Origin: Octopus sinensis
Lineage: Eukaryota
Direction of reading: 5' to 3'
Assembly (NCBI RefSeq): GCF_006345805.1
Contig: NW_021829672.1
Span: forward strand, 1 to 34,785
Length of the DNA stretch: 34,785 bases
The position numbers were made by a program, and so were the translations under genes. Under the pieces are notes generated by a model that saw only the letters and a program-made list of their open reading frames with translations, ran no database searches and was not told the origin of the DNA. Of the stretch, positions 1 through 12,818 are shown in pieces. The first letter of the stretch is position 1. Every line of letters starts with the position of its first letter.

Positions 1-81
1 TCGAGACAAAAACACTATTTTAAATCAAACAAGGAAAGACTTAATCAATACATAAAATTTTAATATAAATTAAATAAACCG

Positions 82-124
82 CCACTACAATTGTTTCCTG
101 TCTGCTACGACATTCTTCAGGTGG
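82..124 (-). ncRNA. Mirror copy of the hammerhead motif on the other arm
   Basis: Reverse complement reads ccacctgaagaatgtcgtagcagacaggaaacaattgtagtgg, one G shorter in loop II than the + copy. Confidence 0.65.
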
Positions 125-165
125 ATTTTCGATCTTCTAATCAGTATCAAATTAAGATCGAAAAT

Positions 166-209
166 CCACCTGAAGAATGTCGGTAGCAGACAGGAAACAA
201 TTGTAGTGG
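166..209 (+). ncRNA. Minimal type I hammerhead ribozyme motif
   Basis: CCAC-CTGAAGA-a-TGTC ggtagca GACA-g-GAAAC aatt GTA-GTGG. Core CUGANGA/GAAA, stem I CCAC/GTGG, stem II TGTC/GACA, palindromic stem III ACAATTGT, GUA cleavage triplet. Confidence 0.7.
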
Positions 210-290
210 CGGTTATTTAATTTATATTAAAATTTTATGTATTGATTAAGTCTTTCCTTGTTTGATTTTAAAATAGTGGTTTTGTCTCGA

Positions 291-346
291 ATTATATTAT
301 ATATATATATATTATATATATATATATATATATACATACATGCATT

Positions 347-379
<33 letters not shown>

Positions 380-440
380 CTATGCACTCACACATATTTA
401 TACACATGTACTTACTTTCATATACGTGCATATGGATATA
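291..440. repeat. (TA)n-rich microsatellite
   Basis: Direct inspection. Confidence 0.9.
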
Positions 441-829
441 TACAGGATGTCCCAAAAGCCACTGATGGGTTTGAAGTTTTAATAACTTCCTCAACTTTAC
501 AGATAAATTTTGATACCATATAAAGGACATAATGGAAATTAATATGCATAAATCAAATTCTGCAATCCCACTACCTCACATATGAAAAATAACATCGCTT
601 AAATGGCAGCCATTTTCGACTTCGCACTCCCATGTTCTTTCCGAAACTTGCACCATAACACCCTCAATAGTTTCAGGCCCCACTTCTCTGAATTCTCTAC
701 TGATGTTCTCCTTCAGTTACTCTAGGATCTCCGGTTTGCTGACGTAAATACTCTCTTTCAGGTTTCCCCACAAGAAAAAATCCGGGCTAGTGTAGTCTGG
801 GGAGCGTGAAGTCCATTCAAAGTAGACCT

Positions 830-1180
830 CACACATGGTTCCATCAAGATGGGGCAACTATTCATACCGCATGAGGAACAATGCAATAGTGACGGCGTGC
901 TTTGGAGGGAGAATAATCTCCCGCCATTGCAATGTCAACTGGCTTACACATTCCCCAGACTTGACTAACCTAGATTTTTTCTTATGGGGATACCTGAAAG
1001 AGAGGGTTTACGTCAACATACCGGAGACCCTGGTGCAACTGAAGGAGAACATCAATATAGATCTCTGAGAAGTGGGCTGTGAAATTCTTGAAGATGCTAT
1101 GGTGCAAGTCTTGGAAAGAGCACGGACGTGCAAAGCCGAAAATGGCTGCCATTTAAGCAATGTCGTTTTTCATATGTTCC
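830..1180 (+). pseudogene. Tc1/mariner transposase C-terminal remnant
   Basis: WFHQDGAT, then after a frameshift FGGRIISR...W..HSPDL..LDFFLWGYLKERVY..PETL..LKENI: the second and third catalytic-residue regions of a DDD/E transposase. Confidence 0.85.
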
Positions 1181-1237
1181 TTCGTGGTGTTGCAGAATTT
1201 GACTTGTGCATATCAATTTCCTTTATGTGCTTTACAT

Positions 1238-1519
1238 CAGTGCTTCTCAAACTATCTGATGTGGTGTACTGGTAGATTTTTTTTCCAGTGTGCCCAGAGA
1301 TCGGTAATATTTCTTAGTAATATTAATTTATATCGGAAACAATATAATGAATATAATAAAAGTTAATTTTTATTATTTTATATTTATTCTGTAAATAAAT
1401 AATAAAATATTTCATAAGCATTTTATAATGTTTCTTTCTTTTCTGGAAACTCGCCATGTACCGGTAGCCGACGGCTCGCGGACCGACGCCAGTCTGCGGA
1501 CACACTTTGAGTAGCACTG
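1238..1519. mobile_element. hAT (Charlie-like) MITE nested in the mariner element
   Basis: TIRs CAGTGCTTCTCAAA...TTTGAGTAGCACTG. 8-bp TSD ctttacat (1230-1237) / ctttatat (1520-1527). The inverted left arm of the host element shows the empty site. Confidence 0.9.
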
Positions 1520-1719
1520 CTTTATATTGTATCAAAATTTCATGCATTTATTTGTAAAGTTAAGGAAGTTATTAAAATTAAAACCTATCAATGACTTTTG
1601 GGACACCCTGTACTAATATGTGTCAGTCCGTGTGTTCGCGTGTGCGTATGCGTGGGTCTGTGTGCATGTATGTATGTGCGTGCGTGCATGTGTGTGTTTG
1701 TGTGTGTGCGTGTGCGTGT

Positions 1720-2230
1720 AAGAAGTCATCTCCTCAACTAGCGCGATCATTTCAAGCAATTTATTTAGTATTTTGGATGTTACCATGGAACCCGCAATAA
1801 TGGGTTGCTGGGAGGCACTGTCAGCTTTTGAGTTGTTGGCCAATCTTCAATAATACAATCTTTATTTAGACCTGTTTTTCTGGAATCGTCCTGATAAACA
1901 TTTGAACAGTGAATCTTTGGAAAATGCTTCGTCTCTTCTGATGCCGGTGTTACTTTAACATGGAGAAGTATTGAGCCATCTCCTAAGACCTCTCTTAACA
2001 TATTTATTCTTACATACTTCCAGCTGATCAAGCCTATAAGCCTCACATCCTCCTATCGTCGCAAGGAATTATTCCATGTTTTCCAAATTTCCTGTGCAGA
2101 GAATCGTATTGGAACGAGTGAAGCGTTGCACGGAACTACACTCATCTCTCAGGTAGAGTAGCTTTCCTGCCTCTAACCTAACAATAGCTGGGACGGTAAA
2201 AAGCTGAATGATCTGCGGTTCCTGCAAGAA
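1720..2230 (-). pseudogene. Highly decayed non-LTR reverse transcriptase C-terminal fragment, HERO/R2-group-like
   Basis: Broken frames give SL.RKF..KHGIIP and LDQLEVCKNKYVKRGLRRWLNTSPC, resembling the QHGILP...KYLRRWLG.P region of RLE-type RTs. Many stops. Confidence 0.35.
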
Positions 2231-2235
2231 ATCAT

Positions 2236-2556
2236 CGGGGGCTCTCAGCCATTTTTTTTTATCTACGGACCCCCTTCTATGGAGATTCACCAAAGGGTGT
2301 TTAAAAACTTGTTTTATAGAAACTTCTTTCAAAATTCCTTATTTGTCTTTCACTCATTAACTTCTGTAGTTTGAACTACGTAAATGTTAAAGAAAAAAAA
2401 GCCTAGATGTTTCTTGCAATACAGACATCTGAAGCAAATTTTAAAATATTTCTACTGTGGACCTTCAATTTACTATTTTGTTGCGTGGAACCCCCACCCA
2501 CAAAAAATATTATATGGACCTTCAGGAACCGTATGGACTCCCGTTGAGAACCACGA
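2236..2556. mobile_element. Degenerate hAT-type MITE
   Basis: Left end cgggggctctcagccattttt...tacggacccc and right end gttgagaaccac resemble CAGGGGTTCTCAAC-type hAT termini. No TSD recovered. Confidence 0.4.
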
Positions 2557-2884
2557 ATGTTTAAGGAAAGAATTAGGGGGTCAATTACCCTCTGGTGGTC
2601 TTTCGGAGCGCTCGTTCGCCATCGTGTGTATCACTATATAGCCAGACAGTTGTTGGACAGTCGCTGATTTTTACGTTGGGTTCCTTCGTACGTTTGACAG
2701 TTATCGTATTATCCTGTTGGGTTTCTCGCAACCCTCCTCATTAGGCAAGCTTTGTGGGTGAGCCGGTTTCGTCACCGCCGACCGGCCATGCGGTTAGTTA
2801 TACCCGACTCGTGAGTGAGCTCACACGCGCATACGCTTACACACACACACACACACACAACACACACACATATACGCACGCACG

Positions 2885-2918
<34 letters not shown>

Positions 2919-2930
2919 CATATACATATA

Positions 2931-3048
2931 CGACGGGCTTCTTTCAGTTTCCGTCTACCAAATCCACTCACAAGGCTTTGGTCAGCCTGAGGCTATAGCA
3001 GAAGACACTTTCCCAAGGTGCCACACAGTAGGGATAAGCAAGCTACTT
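2931..3048 (-). mobile_element. SINE family A (tRNA-derived), head half with internal deletion
   Basis: gggcttctttcagtttccgtctaccaaatccactcacaaggctttggtc... matches the other copies in the window; abuts a (CA)/(TA) tract. Confidence 0.85.
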
Positions 3049-3153
3049 TATTTCAAAAATTTTGCCATGCAGGCATGATACAGAGTAGCTTGCGGGCTGG
3101 ACAAAACATTGATGAGGTGAATGATAATAAGGATGATATTAATGGGAGAAGAC

Positions 3154-5720
3154 AAAAAACACCCGCCGATTTTTGCTTCTCTAAAACATTATTCTCTTCT
3201 TTTTTTTTACAGAAAAAGACAAAACGAGGTAATGAACCTCTTACTTCAGTTTCACAATTTTTGGACTAATAATCCATTTAAGAATTGGGGCGTTAAGCCT
3301 CTTAAAAACAATAGCATGCAATACAAACATTATACAATAAACATTATAACACTGAGGCTTTTCAACCTCTTGTCACTATTCCTCCACAACATCGCTTGTG
3401 CTCCTATACTCCGCCATCCCCCACGCCACATTCAAGACTAAAGCGGGATTGCGAGTTGGCGTCGCCCGGCCACAAGCAATATTCCTCGTTGAGTCCCTGC
3501 AGCAAAAAACGCCCGCCGATTTTATGCTTCTCTAAATCATTGTTCTTTTTTTTCCAACAGAATAAACAAAACGAAGTGTTGAACCTCTCACGACAGTTTT
3601 TACAATTATTGGACTTAATAGACCATTAAAAATAATATCATACAATAACATACCATAAATTATTCAATATACAATCAACACTAGTCCAGTTACAAATGAG
3701 GCACTGAGCCTCTTCCACTTTATAACACTGAGGCTTTTCAACCTTATTGTCAAATTTTCCAACTCAACGAGGTATTAAATATCTCACAACAGTTTTTACA
3801 ATTATTGGACTTAATAGTCAATAATATGCAATAACATACAATAAAATATTCAATATACAATCAACACGAGTCCATTTACAAATGAGGCGCTGAGCCTCTT
3901 ACACATTATAACATTGAGACTTTTTAACCTCTTTTCAATTTTCCACCTCATAATCGCTTGTGTCCGTGTATTCCGCCATAGCCCATGCTTCGTCTAAAAT
4001 CAAGGCGGGGTCCGAGTTGGCGTCACCCGGCCACATGCGATATTCCCCTTTTAGTCCCTCCAGCTTTTGAAACACGCGCAACGATATGGCCGCCACAGCT
4101 ATCTGCGGAAACCATTTGGGATCCCGTGTGGATGCCAAAGGTATTCCCTTGTAGTGTTCTTTCACTACCTTTTCCACCTCTCCGCCTCTATAAAAGAAGA
4201 CCAACAGTTCTTCATCCTCCGGGTCCGAGGGGGTCAATTTTACCGTTGGCGGCACAATTACCGCCAATGGTGTCTCCCCACCCCTCCGGTGGCACAACCG
4301 ACGAGGCTCCGTGACACTCCGGCGCCATGTCTCAGACTGCCGGCAATGTCCCGTTTCTCCTCCTCTTCCTCTTTTTTCTTCTCGACTGGGGGAGGGTGCC
4401 TCGCCTCGGTGACCTGGAGATTCGCTTCCCCACCCTAGTCCCCAGGATCCTTTGGTGAGCACCCATTATTGCTCACCTTCCTTTTGCGGCTCTTCTTTGA
4501 GGTGTCCTCCGTCTCCTCGGCCGCCTTCATTCCCTCCTCTACAGAGGTCTCCGTCAACCGTTCCAGGACTTTGCTTTACCATATAAGCCTGGCCATATAA
4601 AAAAGAACTATTCTCATGAACAGTTCTTTTTTATATAGCCTGGCTTTCTAGCACCGATGACATCACCGGATACCTAGACCCGGCCATGTATCACCGGATA
4701 CCTAGACCCGGCCATTCTCAAAAAGTCTGGAAATACCAGACTTTCGGCTAACTGGGTCCATAGGGTCAAAACAGCTTTTGACCCCTCCCAGTCAACCACA
4801 GGCAGAATATTTACGTTGAGGAGCTTGGTGCTACTGCCACCCAGACCCCGGCAGATAGTATCTCCTATCCACTCGGGCTCAATTCCGGGTGGCAAACCGC
4901 AAACACAAGCCCTCGTCAACTTCTTCCCACAATAAGTGAAAAGAAACAAACTTTCATTGCCCTCCAGGGGCTGGCTCGCAAATTCACGAACCACTTCTGG
5001 GGAGTCAAACAGCAACCACACGGTTGCGTATTTGCCCCCCTTCCCCGAGTGATAAATTTAATCGCTGGCTTAAATTCTGCCAGCTCTCTTTCGATTATAT
5101 CCTTTCTGAAAATGGTAATGGCGTCGAGGGTCCTAGAGTAGGTCGTCAAAATCACCGTCTTACTTTCAAGTTCTTTTAACCATTTTTGGGGTGGTTTAAT
5201 TTCCCACTCCACTAACTTTCCATTGTTATTTGCCATGTTTTTTTTTTAAAAAGTCCAAAAATACAGTTCTTAAAATATAAAATAATTAAGGAAAAATGTA
5301 GGAAGAGGAAAAAGTCCAAACAAAAAGGAAGGAGAGAAAAAAATTAGCAGTTCAATAAAGATTTTTTAAAATAAAAAATAGATGAAGAGCGACCAACAAA
5401 CAGTTCAAAGCACAGCAAAGGCCACTCGGTACTCCAGGCCAAAATGTTAATGCTATTGTAAACATTTAAAAAATCACTCCAATTTTCTTCTCATAGGTAC
5501 TCGTTGACAGGAACAATATTATTGAAACACGATTTTCAAGCAAAATTTTGCGGCAGGATACGCCCACCAAACCAATAATTTTCATAATTAAGTGAAAAAA
5601 AATTTCACTCACCCTCAGGCAGACTAGAATCCAGTGAGTACTTTTTGTTTGTAAAAACTAATTGCGACAGACAACAGGTCCCCACTAGACAGAAAAAAGT
5701 CTTACCTTACAGCTGAGTTT
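3154..5720 (-). mobile_element. Putative ORF1/gag-only retroelement with reiterated 3' ends; 5' boundary uncertain
   Basis: Single disrupted ORF at 5236-3935, followed directly by a 3' UTR and two further diverged 3'-end copies. No EN or RT sequence follows the ORF. Confidence 0.55.
3935..5236 (-). pseudogene. Disrupted L1/Tx1-like ORF1 (gag-like) protein, roughly 430 codons
   Basis: Three ORF pieces join across frameshifts: MANNNGKLVEW...; WLLFDSPEVV...RACVCGLPPGIEPEWIG (RRM-like); remnant knuckle RKPGYIKKNC; a charged low-complexity linker; and a C-terminal ELLVFFYRGG...MWPGDANSDP...YEVEN domain. Confidence 0.6.
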
Positions 5721-6157
5721 CAAAAGTCTTCAATTTAAGACGGCTTTAAAGCACGTCTTACATCTTCGGTGTCAAACACAACTCTAATTCGCACATTCTC
5801 AATGAGGTAGTAAGCTACTTGGTAAGCAAGCGACTTACCACACATCTACTCCTGCACTTATGATGTATGGAATTTATTTTAAGTTTTTTTCTTTACAAAA
5901 TTCAAGCCAGCAACTTACAGTGAAAATACACACATATATGCCTAAATGTGCACATGCTGTGTGTATACATGCAGCACTGGATTAACCATTAAGCTTATGA
6001 CATCAGGAGAAGCGGGGCACCATACAAAAGGTAAATAGCTTACTGCACAAAAGAAATCATTTTAAACTTGCTAAAATAATATTGGAAGCAGTCGGTATGA
6101 TCGGATATTTCGTAGTGCTCATGGTGTCGGAGTGAGGATTTTATCAAAGGGTTTTCA

Positions 6158-6880
<723 letters not shown>

Positions 6881-7405
6881 TGGTCGGCCCGAGGCCTTAG
6901 TAGAATGTATTTGCCCGAAGCCCCACGAAGTGTTACCGAATTCGGAGCCATGTGGTTAGGAAACAAACAACAAACTTCTTACCGCACGTCTGAATGGGAA
7001 TCGACGAAGTATTTTTGTATTTCAATGAGATAAATTACTGAACGACCTATATACATGTATATGATTTTTTTCCTTCTCTTCTTAATTTGAGAATAAATTC
7101 TAACCAGCCACCTACATGGTTGCAAGGTTGTGAAGAAGAATCTTGTTTCGTTCATTATCCTTTTTAAGAAGGTCTTGCAGGTTTTTATAGTCCCAGATAT
7201 CGTTGTCATTGGTAGTGTATGAATTAAGGATTTGCGTTAACTCCACGAGAACCAAAGTTCACTCCAAATGGGTTAGAACGAAGCAGAATGTGTATGTCAT
7301 TATTCATTTTTTTCGAGATTTCTTGCCAATAGAGAAAGAACCGGTTTCTAGCCTAGATCCAAGGTTCCTAGATTGGAATTTCAACATCAACACAGTGTAT
7401 TTTTG

Positions 7406-7580
7406 TATGTATGTATGTATGTATGTATGTATGTATGTATGTATGTATGTATGTATGTATGCATGCATGTATGTATGTATGTATGTATGTATGTATGTAT
7501 GTATGTATGTATGTATGTATGTATGTATGTATGTATGTATGCATGTATGAATGTATGTATGTATATATGTATGTATGTGT
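7406..7580. repeat. (TATG)n microsatellite
   Basis: Direct inspection. Confidence 0.95.
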
Positions 7581-7659
7581 ATTTGTATATATGTGTGTAT
7601 GAGCAGATTTGTATGTATTATGTATGTATTCTCATGCATAGAGTTATATATTTAGACAT

Positions 7660-8160
7660 GCTCTTATATATTTAAACCTCTGGAAAGTCTTACAGAATTT
7701 TACAGTTCCAGTGATGGATTGGATTATAGTCTTCGAATTAGCTTCCACCTTTCTGGTTTCGAGAAGCCTAATTTCTCAAGATTGACATTTAGGAAGTGTG
7801 TTACATATCTCAGGGTCCCAATAATTACAGGTATAAACCTGAACTTGTAATCTGGAAAGAGCAACTGCAGATTTCTCAATTGTTCATCATAGGTGTTCCC
7901 TTTTACACTGATCTTCAGCTTCATGTTAACATCCGCTGAGCAACTAATTTCCACAAATGTGCGGTTTTCCCTTCTCTATCCCAAATCATTGTATCAGGTC
8001 TGTTGCGCTTACATTTTATTGAGGTCTTCTCTGGGACATTCTACCAGTATTCCTTTTTATTATGAGTAAGTATTGCTTGTAAGATATTGTGGGTTTTTAT
8101 TTCTTTGTCCTCGGGATTATCATTCCGACGGATTTTATTATAAAGTGTCGTGGTGTAACA
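7660..8160 (-). pseudogene. 3' fragment of an RLE-type non-LTR retrotransposon (restriction-like endonuclease domain)
   Basis: TLYNKIRRNDNP...KKEYW...NRPDTMIWDRE..VEISCSADVN..K...Y.EQLRNLQLLFPDYKFRFIPVIIGTL: PD-(D/E)xK-type endonuclease layout. Confidence 0.8.
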
Positions 8161-8165
8161 CACCA

Positions 8166-8412
8166 TACTAATCATATCTGTCGGGTATGTGGAAGAGAGT
8201 GTAATTCGGCAGGAGGACTTAAACGACATGCAAAGGTACATGAAGCGCAGTTACAACTACAGCCGGCTATCGCCAGTAAAGGTCTTAGTTGCCAATTTTG
8301 TACAAGACATTGTAGATCTTTAGCTGGGCTAAAAAGTCACATTCGATCACAGCACCAGTAACAGTTAAGCTTCGTGCAATGGCCATACTCGATAACAAGA
8401 GGGCAGCCATAA
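8166..8412 (+). mobile_element. 3' end of an RTE-like LINE encoding two C2H2 fingers
   Basis: CRVCGRECNSAGGLKRHAKVH and CQFCTRHCRSLAGLKSHIRSQH, a stop at 8361, a short 3' UTR (ggccatactcgat...ggcagccat), then a microsatellite tail. Confidence 0.6.
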
Positions 8413-8414
8413 AA

Positions 8415-10060
<1,646 letters not shown>

Positions 10061-10282
10061 GGAGGAAGTTGTTATCCATGCAAAAATGTAGGTGTGTGCA
10101 TGAGCTTCTGTGTGTGCGCATGTATGCGATTTGAGCGTGCGAGTATGTGTGTGTGTGTGTGTGTATGTGTGTGTGATTAGAAGGGAAGCGATCAAAAGAC
10201 TAATCCAGCGCATGTTCATGCGTGTGTATGGTTGTGTGTATATATATATATGTGTATGGATGAGAGTGTGTGTAGAAAAAAA

Positions 10283-10963
10283 AAATCGTTTTTGTGTATG
10301 TATGTATGTATGTATGTATGTTTGTATGTATGTATGTATGTATGTATGTATGTATGTATGTATGTATGTATGTATGTATGTATGTATGTATGTAGTGTAT
10401 TATGTTTGTATGTATGTATTGTATGTTTGTATGTTATGTTTGTTATGTATGTATGTATGTAGTGTATGTATGTAGTATGTAGTATGTATGTATGTATGTA
10501 TGTATGTATGTTGTATGTAGTATGTTTGTATTATGTATGTATGTTTGTATGTATTATGTATGTATGTATTATGTATGTACGTATGTATGTATGTATGTAT
10601 GTATGTTTGTATGTATGTATGTATGTATGTAGTATATGTATGTATGTATGTATGTTGTATGTATGTATGTATGTTTGTTGTATGTATGTATGTTTGTTGT
10701 ATGTATGTATGTATGGTATGTATGTATGTATGTATGTATGTTTGTATGTATGTATGTATGTATGTATGTATGTATGTATGTATGTATGTATGTATGTATG
10801 TTTGTATGTATGTATGTATGTTGTATGTATGTATGTATGTATGTTTGTATGTATGTATGTATGTATGTATGTATGTATGTATGTATGTATGTATGTTGTA
10901 TGTATGTATGTATGTATGTATGTATGCTTGCAGCTGTGTCAGGGTTTTATATGTGTGATCCGC

Positions 10964-11006
<43 letters not shown>

Positions 11007-11018
11007 TGTGTGTGTTCA

Positions 11019-11052
<34 letters not shown>

Positions 11053-11145
11053 TATGCTTGCAGCTGTATGTGTCATGGTTTTAATGCGTCTGATCCGCGC
11101 GTGCGCGAGCGTGCATGTGTGTGTGTTTATGTGTGTGTGTGTTTA

Positions 11146-11185
<40 letters not shown>

Positions 11186-11362
11186 CGTGCGTGTGTGTGT
11201 GTTGGTGTGTGTCTATGGAAGATTACAGTAGAGATCGCTTACGATAAATCTATACGTACGTGCGTATGCATGTATGTGCGCGAGAGTGTGTGTGTGTATG
11301 TGTACGTACATGTGTGTGTTGTGTGTTGTGTGTGTATGTGTGTGTGTGTGTGTGTGTGTGCA
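10283..11362. repeat. Degenerate (TATG)n array followed by (GT)n tracts
   Basis: Direct inspection. This is the source of the spurious MYVC-repeat ORFs. Confidence 0.95.
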
Positions 11363-11664
11363 AGGGTCTGCACTGAATGATACCGAATGCACTAAGTAAC
11401 CTCGGTGTTCTGTTGATGCTTGCTTACCTTTGGTGAAAATATGCCAATACTTGTTTACCCCTCTATACTCTTTCTCTCTTTCTTTCTTTTCTCTTCTTCC
11501 TCTCTCCCCCCTCTCTCTCTCCCTTTCTTTCTCACTGTCTCTTTCTCTCTCTCTTTGTCTTTCTCTCTGTTTTTCCGCCTTTCTTTCTCCGGGAATTGGT
11601 TTTTCTTTCCGTATATTTCCAGCCTGGTGGTTTGACACATGTTGTATAGACAGCAGCACATCTA

Positions 11665-11668
11665 CCTA

Positions 11669-11760
<92 letters not shown>

Positions 11761-12211
11761 ATCTAAAGTGATTCATTCACCGCCACTCTTTCACTTTTCC
11801 TTCTCTATGTATCTAAATATATGAGTGTATGTGTGTGCATGTGTAAATCCATCTGCCTATGTATGTATGTATGTATGTATGTATGTATGTATGTATGTAT
11901 GTATGTATGTATGTATGTATGTATGTATGTACGTATGTATGTATGTATGTATGTATTTATGAATGTATGTATGTATTTTTCTGTCTCTCTATATCTCTAT
12001 CACTCTATCTCTCACTCCATCAACCTATTTCTGTCTATATGTATGTATAAGTATATATATGTATCTGTGTATATTTGTGTGTGCGTGTGTGTATGTATAT
12101 ATATATATATATGTATATATATATGTATATGTCCATATATTATATATATATATATAATATATATATATATGGATATGTTATATCATCAGTCCGTTTTTCA
12201 GTCATTCGACC

Positions 12212-12279
<68 letters not shown>

Positions 12280-12284
12280 ATATC

Positions 12285-12335
<51 letters not shown>

Positions 12336-12373
12336 ATCTATCTATCATCTATCTATCTATCTATCTATCTATC

Positions 12374-12440
<67 letters not shown>

Positions 12441-12672
12441 ATCTATCTATCTATCTATCTATCTATCGTATCTATCCACCTACGTCTATTTAAAATGATT
12501 ATATGGCTATTTACTGATTCAATATAAATTTACATAAACAGTAATATTATGAACATTTAAACATGGCTGGCTGAATATTTAATTGTGGCTACATTTCATC
12601 TCTCCGTCTCTCTTCCTCTGTATGTGTATATACGTGGATTTGAATGTGCATCTACGTGTGGGTGTGTGTGCA

Positions 12673-12707
<35 letters not shown>

Positions 12708-12727
12708 ATATATATATATAGATAGAT

Positions 12728-12760
<33 letters not shown>

Positions 12761-12773
12761 GAGATATATAGAT

Positions 12774-12817
<44 letters not shown>
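11665..12817. repeat. (TCTA)n, (TATG)n, (TA)n and (GATA)n microsatellite field
   Basis: Direct inspection. Confidence 0.9.

Positions 12818-12818
<1 letters not shown>

Larger units (their letters stand above)
1..290. repeat. Long palindrome, arms ~1-136 and 154-290, resembling the end of a Penelope-like element
   Basis: 1-136 (tcgagacaaaaacac...gattttcgatctt) is the near-perfect reverse complement of 154-290 (aagatcgaaaatc...gttttgtctcga). It is followed by a (TA)n tract. The left end coincides with the window edge. Confidence 0.95.
443..1610. mobile_element. Tc1/mariner-family non-autonomous element made of two inverted 3' halves
   Basis: TA|CAGGATGTCCCAAAAG...CTTTTGGGACACCCTG|TA, with ~48-bp TIRs and a TA target duplication. 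443-~820 is the reverse complement of ~940-1610 minus the MITE insertion. Confidence 0.85.

Noticed and set aside
2558-2825. Possible solo LTR or hammerhead (minus strand ctaatgag...gaaac)
   Set aside because: The core is mutated, stems I and III do not close, and no TSD was found. Left unassigned.
3985-4438. Plus-strand ORFs of 109 aa and 123 aa
   Set aside because: Antisense to the GC-rich ORF1 C-terminal region, with no independent evidence.
5973-6030. Possible MITE terminus (cagcactggattaaccattaagc)
   Set aside because: No matching second terminus or TSD was found in the window.
10466-11380. 304-aa ORF and the many other MYVC/YIYI/LSIY/HTHT ORFs
   Set aside because: Translations of stop-free microsatellites such as (TATG)n, (TA)n, (TCTA)n and (CA)n. 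No coding signal.
11420-11470. Minus-strand donor-like site aaag|GTAAGC suggesting an exon
   Set aside because: No plausible upstream acceptor; the upstream sequence is a purine-rich (GA)n tract.
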